A program made the translations under genes and the position numbers. A stretch of DNA of 64,000 nucleotides, from positions 30,227 to 94,226 of the forward strand of contig CAINOB010000020.1 in assembly GCA_903851365.1 (NCBI GenBank). The letters are read 5' to 3'. Positions 10,330 to 19,536 of the stretch are shown here, in pieces. Source of the stretch: an uncultured Bacteroidota bacterium. GTDB taxonomy: Bacteria > Bacteroidota > Bacteroidia > Bacteroidales > UBA12481. Numbering within the stretch: the first letter of the stretch is position 1; each line of letters begins with the position of its first letter. The notes beneath the pieces were generated by a model that saw nothing but the letters and a program-made list of their open reading frames with translations, was not told the DNA's origin and ran no database searches.

Positions 10330-10988
10330 GGATAAGCATACATCGTGAAGGGATAAAGACACTGTCAGCTATTGGCATAGTACTTTTCATTATTAATCTT
10401 GCTGCCTATTTAGGTTTTGGAACCGATTTAATATTTTACCTGATATTAGGATTTTCACTGTTTGTTCTTTGCTTTGTTGGGTGGTTCTTTCGCAACCCCG
10501 ACCGGCCAGCAGCCTCTTCGCACGATTCGGTTATAGCCCCAGCTGATGGCACAATCATATCGGTTGATGAGCTTTATGTCGGAGAGTTCTTTGAGGATTA
10601 CCGTACCCGTGTTTCCATTTTCATGTCAGGGAACAATGTTCATGTTAACTGGATTCCATTATCGGGATTTGTTCGTTATCAGAGGTACAATCCCGGGAAA
10701 CACTTATTAGCTAAACATCCGAAATCATCTGACCGTAATGAACGGAGTACTGTGGTTATCGAAGATCCAAAAGGTAATTTATTAATGATGCGGCAAATAG
10801 CAGGATTGATGGCTCGCAGGGTTATTACCTATCCTCGTCCAGGAAAGACAGTATCTCAAGGTGACGAGCTTGGTTTTATTAAGTTCGGATCGAGGGTAGA
10901 CTTGTTTTTTCCAAAGGGTACAAAAATATTGGTTAAACCTGGCGATAAAACCATTGGCAGGGTTACCAAGGTTGCCAAATGGCACTAA
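10326..10988 (+). CDS. psd: Phosphatidylserine decarboxylase proenzyme (short, membrane-anchored type)
   Basis: N-terminal TM helices and the self-cleavage-type motif FIKFGSRVDLFF. It overlaps cdsA by 4 nt. Confidence 0.8.
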   Translation: MRISIHREGIKTLSAIGIVLFIINLAAYLGFGTDLIFYLILGFSLFVLCFVGWFFRNPDRPAASSHDSVIAPADGTIISVDELYVGEFFEDYRTRVSIFMSGNNVHVNWIPLSGFVRYQRYNPGKHLLAKHPKSSDRNERSTVVIEDPKGNLLMMRQIAGLMARRVITYPRPGKTVSQGDELGFIKFGSRVDLFFPKGTKILVKPGDKTIGRVTKVAKWH

Positions 10989-11089
10989 AGTGTTAAAAAT
11001 GGTATAAATAAAATTTGTTTAACTTTTCTTTAACAACTGATTAGATAGAAAGAGCGTTATCTTCGTATCAACATTAATAAAAAGAAAAA

Positions 11090-11389
11090 ATGAAAAAATT
11101 ATTAGTTGTTCTCTCATTATTAGTTTTTGTAGGAGTTTATGCTGCACCTGCTTTTTCAATGTCAAAAGATACCGCTGCAAAAATCGTAGCTGTTGACAAA
11201 GACAAAAAAGATAAAAAAGCTACCAAAGCTGCTGCTAAAACCGGAACCGAAGCAAAAGCATCTTGCTGCGAAGCTGGTAAAGGCGAAATGAAAGCTGGTT
11301 GCTGCGAAGCTGGTAAAGGTGATATGAAAGCTGGTTGCTGCGAAGCTGGTAAAGCCCAAGGCATGAAAGCTGAAGAGAAAAAGAAATAA
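11090..11389 (+). CDS. Secreted Lys/Ala-rich protein with three CCEAGK repeats (function unknown)
   Basis: Signal peptide MKKLLVVLSLLVFVGVYAAPAFS, then three copies of a CCEAGKG(E/D)MKAG-type unit. An intrinsic terminator follows immediately. Confidence 0.6.
   Translation: MKKLLVVLSLLVFVGVYAAPAFSMSKDTAAKIVAVDKDKKDKKATKAAAKTGTEAKASCCEAGKGEMKAGCCEAGKGDMKAGCCEAGKAQGMKAEEKKK
11264..11356. repeat. 36-bp tandem repeat, 2.6 copies, inside the CC-repeat gene
   Basis: tgctgcgaagctggtaaaggcgaaatgaaagctggt / tgctgcgaagctggtaaaggtgatatgaaagctggt / tgctgcgaagctggtaaagcc. Units 1 and 2 differ at 2 positions. Confidence 0.9.
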
Positions 11390-11410
11390 TTCAGAATACC
11401 TGAAAAAAAA

Positions 11411-11435
11411 GCCCGGCATAACCGGGCTTTTTTTT
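11411..11435. terminator. Bidirectional intrinsic terminator between convergent genes
   Basis: aaaaaaaa-GCCCGG-cataa-CCGGGC-ttttttttt. The GC stem is flanked by an A-run and a T-run, between the 11389 (+) and 11444 (-) gene ends. Confidence 0.75.
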
Positions 11436-11443
11436 GCTTTTAA

Positions 11444-12502
11444 TTATTTGAGCAGATACCTTAAAGATATCAGATTTGAATATTGAGCAACAGAAAGGTC
11501 ACCAACATCAGTCAAGGCATAATCGATATAAATATTGTGGTATTGAATTCCGAGTCCAAGATTTGGCTGTAAGTTCAGATTTTCCTTTCCATCCAGACCA
11601 GGCACGAACTGGAAGTTTCCGACACCCATACGGGCAAAAAGCCATTTAGAGAATTTTAGTTCACCACCAAAATAAGGATCTATACCAATCGGACCAATAG
11701 GGAGTATCACATGTTTTCTGCCATCGAAGGTAAAATGTGCATCGAACGCAAGAGCGACGCTTAACTTATCGTTCAACCTAAAATCTCTAGAAGCAGCGAC
11801 AATCAGCCTTGGAACAGTTACTTCAAGGCTATTCACAGGAAGTTCATTTCCGGTTAATGCGAAAGCTTGTGAAAGCAGATCCTTTTTAAAGCTCCAGACA
11901 TTAAAAGTTCCAGATATATCGCGAGCAACTGCAGAGAAATGCCAATTTGATACAGAATAAGCCAAAGCAGCATCGATACCAAACCCCCATGCTTTAGCAA
12001 ACTCGCCAGTATGACGATAGATCAATTTGACATTAGCTCCAGCCTGAAGTCCTGGAATCTTCATTTTTCGAGCATAGGACACCAGAATTCCCATATCAGC
12101 TGCTGAAAAGCTTGTAATTCTATCGTATCTTATATTCCCTTCCGGGTCAATGAGTTCAAGTGTATTAGGAATATCATCAACTGCGAATCTTATCAGGGAC
12201 AATCCAAGTGAACTTCCCTGGTCGAGTTTATAAGCTACACCGCCGTAATCATATTTTGCCAAACCTGCAAAATATTCTGAATGCATCAAACCAAAATCCA
12301 TTTTACCCGGTATATCCAACAATCTGGCCGGGTTCCAATATCCTGCAGTCACATCATCGACCATTGCAGTGCCTGCCCCACCCATCCCCATCAGGCGCGC
12401 ACCGGCACCGATAGATAGGAATTCGTTTGAGTATTTTACCTGAGCAGGAGCTACACTGCTAATTAGCAACGATATGAAAAATACTAAGCCTAATTGTTTC
12501 AT
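11444..12502 (-). CDS. Outer-membrane beta-barrel protein, PorV/PorQ (FadL-like) family candidate
   Basis: Signal peptide MKQLGLVFFISLLISSVAPAQ, then FLSIGAGARLMGMGGAGTAMVDDVTAGYWNPARL resembling the N-terminal motif of T9SS PorV/PorQ-type barrels. It has alternating beta-strand-like sequence and a C-terminal aromatic region. Confidence 0.45.
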   Translation of the reverse strand: MKQLGLVFFISLLISSVAPAQVKYSNEFLSIGAGARLMGMGGAGTAMVDDVTAGYWNPARLLDIPGKMDFGLMHSEYFAGLAKYDYGGVAYKLDQGSSLGLSLIRFAVDDIPNTLELIDPEGNIRYDRITSFSAADMGILVSYARKMKIPGLQAGANVKLIYRHTGEFAKAWGFGIDAALAYSVSNWHFSAVARDISGTFNVWSFKKDLLSQAFALTGNELPVNSLEVTVPRLIVAASRDFRLNDKLSVALAFDAHFTFDGRKHVILPIGPIGIDPYFGGELKFSKWLFARMGVGNFQFVPGLDGKENLNLQPNLGLGIQYHNIYIDYALTDVGDLSVAQYSNLISLRYLLK

Positions 12503-12582
12503 AGTGACCTTTACGATTCGCAACCTAAGATAAGTAAACTAACCTTTTTAACTATTTTTACGACTATTTATTGCCCAAATCC

Positions 12583-13329
12583 ATGAAACGAATCATACAA
12601 CCGCTGGTACGCCAGATACCGAATACTCTGACACTTCTCAATCTACTTTGTGGTTCAGTTGCTGTTCTACTGGCGCTTCGCGGATACCTTAGAGAGGGTG
12701 CCATCCTGATTATGTTTGGTTTCTTTTTTGATTTGTTCGACGGATTAGCGGCACGATTGCTTAAAGCTCAATCGCCAATTGGTAAAGAACTTGATTCATT
12801 GGCTGATTTGATCACCTTTGGACTGGCACCTGCGGCCATTCTTTTTGGAATTCAAGATTACCTTGGACAGGAAGGGCCATTTTCACTATTACAACCAACC
12901 GGGACCATCATCCTGAGGTTACTCCCATTTCTTCTTCCAGTCTTTGCAGGATTGCGGTTAGCCAAATTCAATGTAGATGAAAGACAATCCCACCAGTTTA
13001 TCGGACTTCCGACTCCTGCAAATGGATTAATGGTACTTGCGCTCCCCTTGCTGATGCACAGCCAACCAACATCATTTATGTATGCATGGTTAAGTAATGA
13101 CCTGTTTGTCCCTATCTATTCAGTCATCGTTTCTTACCTGATGGTTAGTCCTTTAAGACTATATTCGATGAAGATAAAAGGGTTCAGATTGAATCAGAAT
13201 AAATTCACTTACCTCTTTGGAGCGATAGCCATTACCATGATCATCCTTTTCAGGCAAACAGGAATCTTTCTCATGATTCCTGTTTATATATTATATGCCG
13301 GAATACTGGCGATTGCAGTAAAGGAGTGA
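12583..13329 (+). CDS. pssA: CDP-diacylglycerol--serine O-phosphatidyltransferase
   Basis: CDP-alcohol phosphatidyltransferase motif DLFDGLAARLLKAQSPIGKELDSLADL in a polytopic membrane protein. ATG at 12583 is preferred over the TTG at 12571. Confidence 0.8.
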   Translation: MKRIIQPLVRQIPNTLTLLNLLCGSVAVLLALRGYLREGAILIMFGFFFDLFDGLAARLLKAQSPIGKELDSLADLITFGLAPAAILFGIQDYLGQEGPFSLLQPTGTIILRLLPFLLPVFAGLRLAKFNVDERQSHQFIGLPTPANGLMVLALPLLMHSQPTSFMYAWLSNDLFVPIYSVIVSYLMVSPLRLYSMKIKGFRLNQNKFTYLFGAIAITMIILFRQTGIFLMIPVYILYAGILAIAVKE

Positions 13330-13332
13330 TTC

Positions 13333-13455
13333 TCAATCCTCGTCCTTTTCAGGAAGATGTGATTCAAACTTTTTCAATGCAAATCTTATTATATAGTAGG
13401 CTGCAATGATAAGTGCAGGCCAGGACAAGAGCCAGAGTATTTGCTTTATATACAT
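13333..13455 (-). CDS. Small single-TM protein, CydX-like candidate accessory subunit of cytochrome bd
   Basis: Hand-translated 40-codon ORF, MYIKQILWLLSWPALIIAAYYIIRFALKKFESHLPEKDED, lying 31 nt downstream of the cydB stop on the same strand. It is not in the ORF track because it is under 60 aa. Confidence 0.5.
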   Translation of the reverse strand: MYIKQILWLLSWPALIIAAYYIIRFALKKFESHLPEKDED

Positions 13456-13486
13456 TTTCGTTTCATTTTATTTGTGACCAGCATTT

Positions 13487-14620
13487 CTAATAAAGATGTT
13501 CTTCGGTTTTCATCTCTTCACGGGTGATTTTCTTCTTATTCATCGACCACCATGCATAACAGATATAGGCAAGGACAAAGGGCACCAAAAGTGACACATA
13601 AGACATAGCCGTCAACGTGAACTTACTGGATGAGGCGTTTTCAATCGTCAATGATGATTGCAGGTTGTATGAAGAAGGATAGAACGAAGTATGGTTGAAG
13701 CCGGCGATGAGGAAAAGGCTCATGACAGTGAGGACTGTTCCCGCACCAGCGAACCATATCCCAGAAGTGCATTTGTTTTTCAGCAGTGAAGAACCTATAC
13801 CATACAATACCCCTACAACTCCAATTAGCAGCATAACCAAAACAAATGGCATCTGCAGAAAATTATGCAGGTATTTGAACTTTTCAAGAAAGACGAGTTT
13901 AGTATCCGGGTTATAAGCATAACCATTGAGAAACATCAGGCGGATAAGGAAGAACAGAAAGAAAACCAGAAAAGGTATGGTATTAATCAACAGATGTTTT
14001 TTAGATCTGGTGAAGATCACTTCATCATCTATATTATTCATGAAATAGAGGGTTGCCAATACTCTTGATAAGAAAAAAACTGCCAGACCCAGCGATAGGT
14101 TTTGTACATTAAAGGCAGCTTCAAGACCGCGTGCAGGTCCTTCCCAGTTCACCTGGTTCATCTCATTGAGGGAGAAACTGGATCCCGTAAAGAAGGTTCC
14201 AACTGCTGTACCGATCAGAATAGTTCCCAGCAAGCCATTAACAAAAAGAAATGTCTCATAGGTTTTCTGACCGAGGAAATTACCAGCTTTTGTCCGGAAT
14301 TCGTATGATACGGCCTGAATAACAAAAGCAAACAGTATCAGAATCCAAACCCAATATGCTCCGCCAAAACTCGAAGAATAGAATAATGGGAAGGAAGCAA
14401 AGAAAGCTCCCCCAAATGTAACAAGTGTTGTAAAAGTAAATTCCCATTTCCGACCGAGGGAGTTAACCAGCATGGTAACCTCCGTCTCATTTTTACCGAG
14501 GTTTCTAAAAAGGGTCTGGCCGCCCTGAACGAACATCAGGAAAACCAGCAAGCTACCCAGCAAGGAGACTATAATCCACCAATATTGTTGTAAGACGAGG
14601 TGAGACAATGATTCAAACAT
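13487..14620 (-). CDS. cydB: Cytochrome bd ubiquinol oxidase subunit II
   Basis: 377-aa polytopic protein whose start overlaps the cydA stop by 1 nt. The composition and length are typical of CydB. Confidence 0.9.
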   Translation of the reverse strand: MFESLSHLVLQQYWWIIVSLLGSLLVFLMFVQGGQTLFRNLGKNETEVTMLVNSLGRKWEFTFTTLVTFGGAFFASFPLFYSSSFGGAYWVWILILFAFVIQAVSYEFRTKAGNFLGQKTYETFLFVNGLLGTILIGTAVGTFFTGSSFSLNEMNQVNWEGPARGLEAAFNVQNLSLGLAVFFLSRVLATLYFMNNIDDEVIFTRSKKHLLINTIPFLVFFLFFLIRLMFLNGYAYNPDTKLVFLEKFKYLHNFLQMPFVLVMLLIGVVGVLYGIGSSLLKNKCTSGIWFAGAGTVLTVMSLFLIAGFNHTSFYPSSYNLQSSLTIENASSSKFTLTAMSYVSLLVPFVLAYICYAWWSMNKKKITREEMKTEEHLY

Positions 14621-16185
14621 TATTTGGTTCCTCCTTCATTTTTTGTTCCGTGTTTAATTGCCTTTAACATGATATTAACCTCAGCGATTGCCAGAACCGT
14701 AAAGGTTACTGCAAAGAGGAAGAAAGTGACCATAACACTTCCGGCATCTAGTTTTGTTACTGCGGCCACTGTAGGAAGCAGGTCCTGAATAGTCCAAGGC
14801 TGCCTGCCGAGCTCAGCAACGATCCAACCCGCCTCAGAAGCAACATAAGAAAGTGGAATAATCCAGGGAGCCAGGCGTAACCAGAATTTTCTTTGTGGCA
14901 ATTCGCCGCGTGCCGAAAAGAAGAGCATGAGAGCGAAGAAAACCATAAATCCAAATCCGAATATCACCATGATATGGAAGCTATAAAAGGTCAGAGGCAC
15001 CTGAGGAACATAATATTTAACATCATCGTTAAAACCATATCCAAAGTATTTAAACTTACTATCCAAAAAGGTTTTATCCTTAAACAGCAATTTAAGGCTG
15101 TCGGCTTTAGCAAGGTTTCCAGCAGCTTTTGCATGCTTATAATCGGTTAATGTTTGCCGGGCAACTTTGCCTCGTTCTACTTTTTCAGGAATGGATAAAA
15201 TTCCCTGGCCAGGATTGCCATGAGTAAAATCGTTAACTCCTGCAACGAATCGTTTAGGATCACCGTAGGCCATCCATGATAGAAGATTCGGCATCTCGAG
15301 TTTGAGAGCAAAGGTTTCGCCTGTCTCACGTTTTTCTTTCCCATTTAAAATACCGAAAGCTACCAGGCCTGCTTCACTTTTGCCATTATATAATCCTTCC
15401 ATGGCGGCAAGTTTCATAGGCTGAACTTCAGCAATTTGTTTGGCTGATCCATCTCCAGTTAAAGCGAGGGACACAGATGCAAGCAAGCCGAAAACTGAGG
15501 CAACAGTAATGCTACGGAGGGCCAATCGAGTTTCTTTCTTTCGTAGAAGGAACCATGCGCTAACCCCGATAACAAAAATCGATGCCAGTACCATTCCTGA
15601 AGTTATGGTATGAAGAAATTTATTTACAGCGACCGGTGAGAAGAGGACTTCCCAAAAGGAGGTCATTTCATTTCTTGCGGTTTCGGGATTGAAAGCGGTA
15701 CCAGCAGGATATTGCATCCAGGCATTTGCTACAAGAATCCACAAAGCTGAAAGGTTGGCTCCGATAGCAACCAGCCAGGAAGAAGCCAGGTGAAATTTTT
15801 TGCTCACCTTATTCCACCCAAAGAACATGACCGCAATAAATGTGGATTCCATAAAAAAGGCCATAATTCCTTCGATGGCAAGAGGTGCCCCAAAAATATC
15901 ACCGACAAACCAGGAATAATTCGACCAGTTGGTCCCGAATTCAAATTCCATTATTATCCCGGTCGCAACACCGATGGCAAAATTTATCCCGAACAGTTTC
16001 ATCCAGAACTTGGTTAATTTTTTCCATTCAGGATCACCGGTTTTCACGTAGATGGTTTCCATCATTGCAATAATCCAGGTAATCCCGAGTGTCAGCGGAA
16101 CAAACAGCCAGTGGTACATTGCAGTTAGGGCAAATTGTGCCCTCGACCAATCCACCAGAGGAGTTAAATCAATTGAAGCTAACAT
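14620..16185 (-). CDS. cydA: Cytochrome bd ubiquinol oxidase subunit I
   Basis: GTNWSNYSWFVGDIFGAPLAIEGIMAFFMESTF is the conserved CydA haem/Q-loop region. 521 aa. Confidence 0.95.
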   Translation of the reverse strand: MLASIDLTPLVDWSRAQFALTAMYHWLFVPLTLGITWIIAMMETIYVKTGDPEWKKLTKFWMKLFGINFAIGVATGIIMEFEFGTNWSNYSWFVGDIFGAPLAIEGIMAFFMESTFIAVMFFGWNKVSKKFHLASSWLVAIGANLSALWILVANAWMQYPAGTAFNPETARNEMTSFWEVLFSPVAVNKFLHTITSGMVLASIFVIGVSAWFLLRKKETRLALRSITVASVFGLLASVSLALTGDGSAKQIAEVQPMKLAAMEGLYNGKSEAGLVAFGILNGKEKRETGETFALKLEMPNLLSWMAYGDPKRFVAGVNDFTHGNPGQGILSIPEKVERGKVARQTLTDYKHAKAAGNLAKADSLKLLFKDKTFLDSKFKYFGYGFNDDVKYYVPQVPLTFYSFHIMVIFGFGFMVFFALMLFFSARGELPQRKFWLRLAPWIIPLSYVASEAGWIVAELGRQPWTIQDLLPTVAAVTKLDAGSVMVTFFLFAVTFTVLAIAEVNIMLKAIKHGTKNEGGTK

Positions 16186-16188
16186 AGT

Positions 16189-16425
16189 TTATCGGTTATA
16201 GGTGGTTAAATTTTCAAGTACATGTTTTGAGCGTTGCTCATTCGTTTTAAAGTTCTTCTTAAGAAAATCCGGCATGAAGAGGAATCGGATAATTGCAAAA
16301 AGGATAAATAGTTTGATCAGAATAATGATCCACATTTTCTTTCCCCAGCCAGAGATTTCCTTAAATCCATCAAAATAAAGGTGCCATATTCTGAAAATGA
16401 ATGATTTATCAGAATTTAACTTCAT
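16189..16425 (-). CDS. DUF4492-family small membrane protein (first gene of the cyd operon)
   Basis: IWHLYFDGFKEISGWGKKMWIIILIKLFILFAIIRFLFMPDFL matches my recollection of the DUF4492 proteins that precede cydAB in Bacteroidia. It ends 3 nt before cydA. Confidence 0.7.
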   Translation of the reverse strand: MKLNSDKSFIFRIWHLYFDGFKEISGWGKKMWIIILIKLFILFAIIRFLFMPDFLKKNFKTNEQRSKHVLENLTTYNR

Positions 16426-16467
16426 AGGTCGATTTTGCGGTTAATTTAGGGAATAATTCGTCAGATT

Positions 16468-19413
16468 TCAAAATGCGTAAAAAGTTGCAGTTCCTTTGAA
16501 TATTTCCCCCTTTTTCAAGGGTTTACGCTCTTTTTGATGATGACTTGCAAAGAACATATCTCCCCCACCAGTAAAGAATGATGCCACCAGGACATCAATT
16601 TTATCTTGTGCAACCCAGGCACGAACAGCATGATTCCCATCAGAGGTTATATGAATTCCCTGATTAGCTTCATTAGCCAGTTCGGCCCAAATGATATTTT
16701 CTCGGGTAGCCCGGAAATCATTTGATCCCATCGTGGTCTGATCAGATGACCAAGACCATTGTGGTTTTACGCCAAACTTGAACTGATGAGCATTGTCTGC
16801 AGCAAATGGTTTAGCCCATCCGGCAGGACGACCGATATGATCGTCGGGATACACTGACCATTGTGCGATACGGTTCCAGGAAAGCAATTCGAATTCACGA
16901 GGAATGGCCAGTACCAGTCCTATCTGTCGTGGATCTATATCAATTTTTGTTGTAAACTGATAATCAATATTTATCCGACCTACTGAATCCATTCGATAGG
17001 TCAGCGTAATATTGGCCTCATCATAAGTGCCCTCGACCTTTATCCAGGGGCCTGCTTTATCTTTACCGGAATCCGTAATTTTTCCTTTCCAATTGGAGCA
17101 AGTATTATTTAAAGGTTGAATGTCGAGGCTATGTTCGGTATCACAGGGACCAGTTGTTAGCGGTAACATTTGCAATTCCGGCCCATCGACCTTAATTTTC
17201 AGGCCAGAGGATAACAATTGAAATACCTTTCCGTTTAGGGCATTGATGGCCAATTCATGATTACCTGACTTTAATATTACCTGATCACCTTTGGCTGCAA
17301 GTTCGGGAGTTCTGACTTCAACAAGTACAGGTGGTACTGGAGTCACAGGTTTTCCGAGGTTGATTTTATAAGAATCAATAAGGTAATTCATTGGACTAAA
17401 AATCGAAATTTCCACTTCATCCCCATCTTTTGGAGCCTCATCCGGAGTAATATTCAGGATTCCCGTCTGACCCGGATCAGCCGAAACCGCTGCAGATCCT
17501 TGTTTATTACCCAATTTCCAACGAAAAGCCAATTCTCCAAGATTAGTAAACAGGTACCGGTTTTGAACTGGTATTCGCAAAGGTTGTCCCGCTTTTGGGA
17601 GGAGAAGATTATTTACCCAGATTTTGATTGGAGAGTATGCCTTTTTCAAATGCCAGTATTCGGGTTTCGGCCTTCTCCAGCCATCGATCGGGCCCCATTC
17701 ACCATAGCCAACCAATTTTCCAGAAGGAAGATAAAAAGCATCATCAACGCCTGACCAAATAGCGCCACCAAGGCATCCCTGACTATTATACATATTATCT
17801 ACCATTGGTTCAAGTCCCCTGCCCCAATCGTCACGCACACCAGGATCAGCCACTATTTCCTGTCGGTTATAACAATTCAGGTGGCAATATTCACCAAACA
17901 GAAGCGGCCGATCGAACCTCCTGGCAACATCAGGACCACCAGGGCCAGGGTAGTGGATAACTGCTATCTGGCAATTTTTACTGCCTGCGTTATTATAACC
18001 GCCATAAGCCTGATCATGAAATGATACAGGGCGTGTTGGGTCGATTCGATTAAGGTCGGCAAGAATTGTTTCCCAAACCGGGCCCCAGGTTGATTCATTG
18101 GCCATCGACCAGATGAGGATGGATGGGTGGTTTCTATACTGAGCGACTGTTTCCAGAACTTCCCTGCGAATAATATTCAGTAGGTTTAGGTCATGCGGAT
18201 TTGCAGTTTTCCAATGCAGGTTAGCACCATGACCAACCCAGCATAAGGGCGACTCACACTCTACAAAAAAGCCAATAGAATCACATAGAGAGATGAACTC
18301 TTCAGCCGGGGGATAATGGGATGTCCGAATGTAATTTACATTGGCCTCCTTAAACAACTGCGCATCAGCCTTCCATTCATTGATGGACAAGCTGCGTCCT
18401 TTTGTGGGATGCACTTCATGCCTGTTTACTCCAAACAATTTTATAGGCCTGCCGTTAACGAAGACTTGGTTTCCCGATACCAATATTTCCCGAAAACCGA
18501 TCTTTTGAGAGACCGATTCTATCAGGGTAACATTGCTCATCAGTCGAATTTCAACAGTATAAAGACGTGGGTGCTCGGGGTCCCATTTTTCCGGACTCTG
18601 CACTCGCATATTAAATTGCTTTTTCAGGACCTGAGCATCAGCCGGCCAATCAATCTTAAAGGTTTTAGCAAGGCTTTTCTGAGTCTGGGGTCCAATGTGT
18701 GTCAGAACGATTTCCAACGATGATCCAGTTGGTATTTCTTTCTCTTTTTTAATGATCTCCAGGTTGATTTTCAGATCTGCATTCACAAATTGCTCATCAA
18801 AATCGGTTGACACAAGGAATTCTGAGACATGTAAATCCGGAACCGAAAAAATCTCTACTTTCCTTGTTATCCCTCCTAACTGATGAGCAGCATATTGCGT
18901 AGCGGATGCCAGGGTATCGGCTAAAGATTCACTGACTATTCCTATAACAAGGTCGTTCGGTTTTCCGGGTTTTATAAGTGTTGTGACATCGAGCTCAGCA
19001 GGAGTAAAACCACCCTCATGGTTACCGGCCATATTACCGTTGATAAAAACTCTTGCATCACTATAAAGACCATCACATTTTAAGATTATACGGGTACCCT
19101 TCCAATCAGCCGGTATATCCAGTTGCCGCCAATAGGCAGCACGTGTATTTTTTTCGACAGTAAACCCCTGCATCAACCATTCGCCGGGTACTTGAATTGG
19201 AGACCACGCTAATCTTTTCGGATTGACTGATTCCCAAAATCCCCTGACTGGTGAAGCACAAAATTTCCAATTACCATTCAGGTTAATCAGTGGCTTGACA
19301 ACGCCCTGACAATAGGTAGGTTTTGGTGTATATGAAGGAATAGAAGGTTCTTGTGCGAATAGATTACCAACTCCAAAGAGGAAAACCGCGGGGAGGATTA
19401 TTCGTGCATTCAT
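16468..19413 (-). CDS. Glycoside hydrolase family 2 (beta-galactosidase/beta-mannosidase-like), secreted
   Basis: Start at MNARIILPAVFLFGVGNLFAQ (signal peptide). GH2 motifs are NHEGGFTPAELDVT, NYIRTSHYPPAEEF, WSMANES (acid/base region) and LLFGEYCH (nucleophile region). Confidence 0.85.
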   Translation of the reverse strand: MNARIILPAVFLFGVGNLFAQEPSIPSYTPKPTYCQGVVKPLINLNGNWKFCASPVRGFWESVNPKRLAWSPIQVPGEWLMQGFTVEKNTRAAYWRQLDIPADWKGTRIILKCDGLYSDARVFINGNMAGNHEGGFTPAELDVTTLIKPGKPNDLVIGIVSESLADTLASATQYAAHQLGGITRKVEIFSVPDLHVSEFLVSTDFDEQFVNADLKINLEIIKKEKEIPTGSSLEIVLTHIGPQTQKSLAKTFKIDWPADAQVLKKQFNMRVQSPEKWDPEHPRLYTVEIRLMSNVTLIESVSQKIGFREILVSGNQVFVNGRPIKLFGVNRHEVHPTKGRSLSINEWKADAQLFKEANVNYIRTSHYPPAEEFISLCDSIGFFVECESPLCWVGHGANLHWKTANPHDLNLLNIIRREVLETVAQYRNHPSILIWSMANESTWGPVWETILADLNRIDPTRPVSFHDQAYGGYNNAGSKNCQIAVIHYPGPGGPDVARRFDRPLLFGEYCHLNCYNRQEIVADPGVRDDWGRGLEPMVDNMYNSQGCLGGAIWSGVDDAFYLPSGKLVGYGEWGPIDGWRRPKPEYWHLKKAYSPIKIWVNNLLLPKAGQPLRIPVQNRYLFTNLGELAFRWKLGNKQGSAAVSADPGQTGILNITPDEAPKDGDEVEISIFSPMNYLIDSYKINLGKPVTPVPPVLVEVRTPELAAKGDQVILKSGNHELAINALNGKVFQLLSSGLKIKVDGPELQMLPLTTGPCDTEHSLDIQPLNNTCSNWKGKITDSGKDKAGPWIKVEGTYDEANITLTYRMDSVGRINIDYQFTTKIDIDPRQIGLVLAIPREFELLSWNRIAQWSVYPDDHIGRPAGWAKPFAADNAHQFKFGVKPQWSWSSDQTTMGSNDFRATRENIIWAELANEANQGIHITSDGNHAVRAWVAQDKIDVLVASFFTGGGDMFFASHHQKERKPLKKGEIFKGTATFYAF

Positions 19414-19536
19414 ATCAGAATTGTAATAAATAAGGGTTACTAAGATAATCGATAAATGACACACATTTGTTAGAATGAGACTGGTCGGTCTGTAGTCAAT
19501 TTATTATCTTGCTGCGATTTTTAAACAATTCTGCCC

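Noticed and set aside
11137-11419. Two minus-strand ORFs (75 and 85 aa) with repeat-derived sequence overlapping the CC-repeat gene.
   Set aside because: They are generated by the same 36-bp repeat read in antisense. The + strand ORF has a proper signal peptide, and the terminator is positioned for it.
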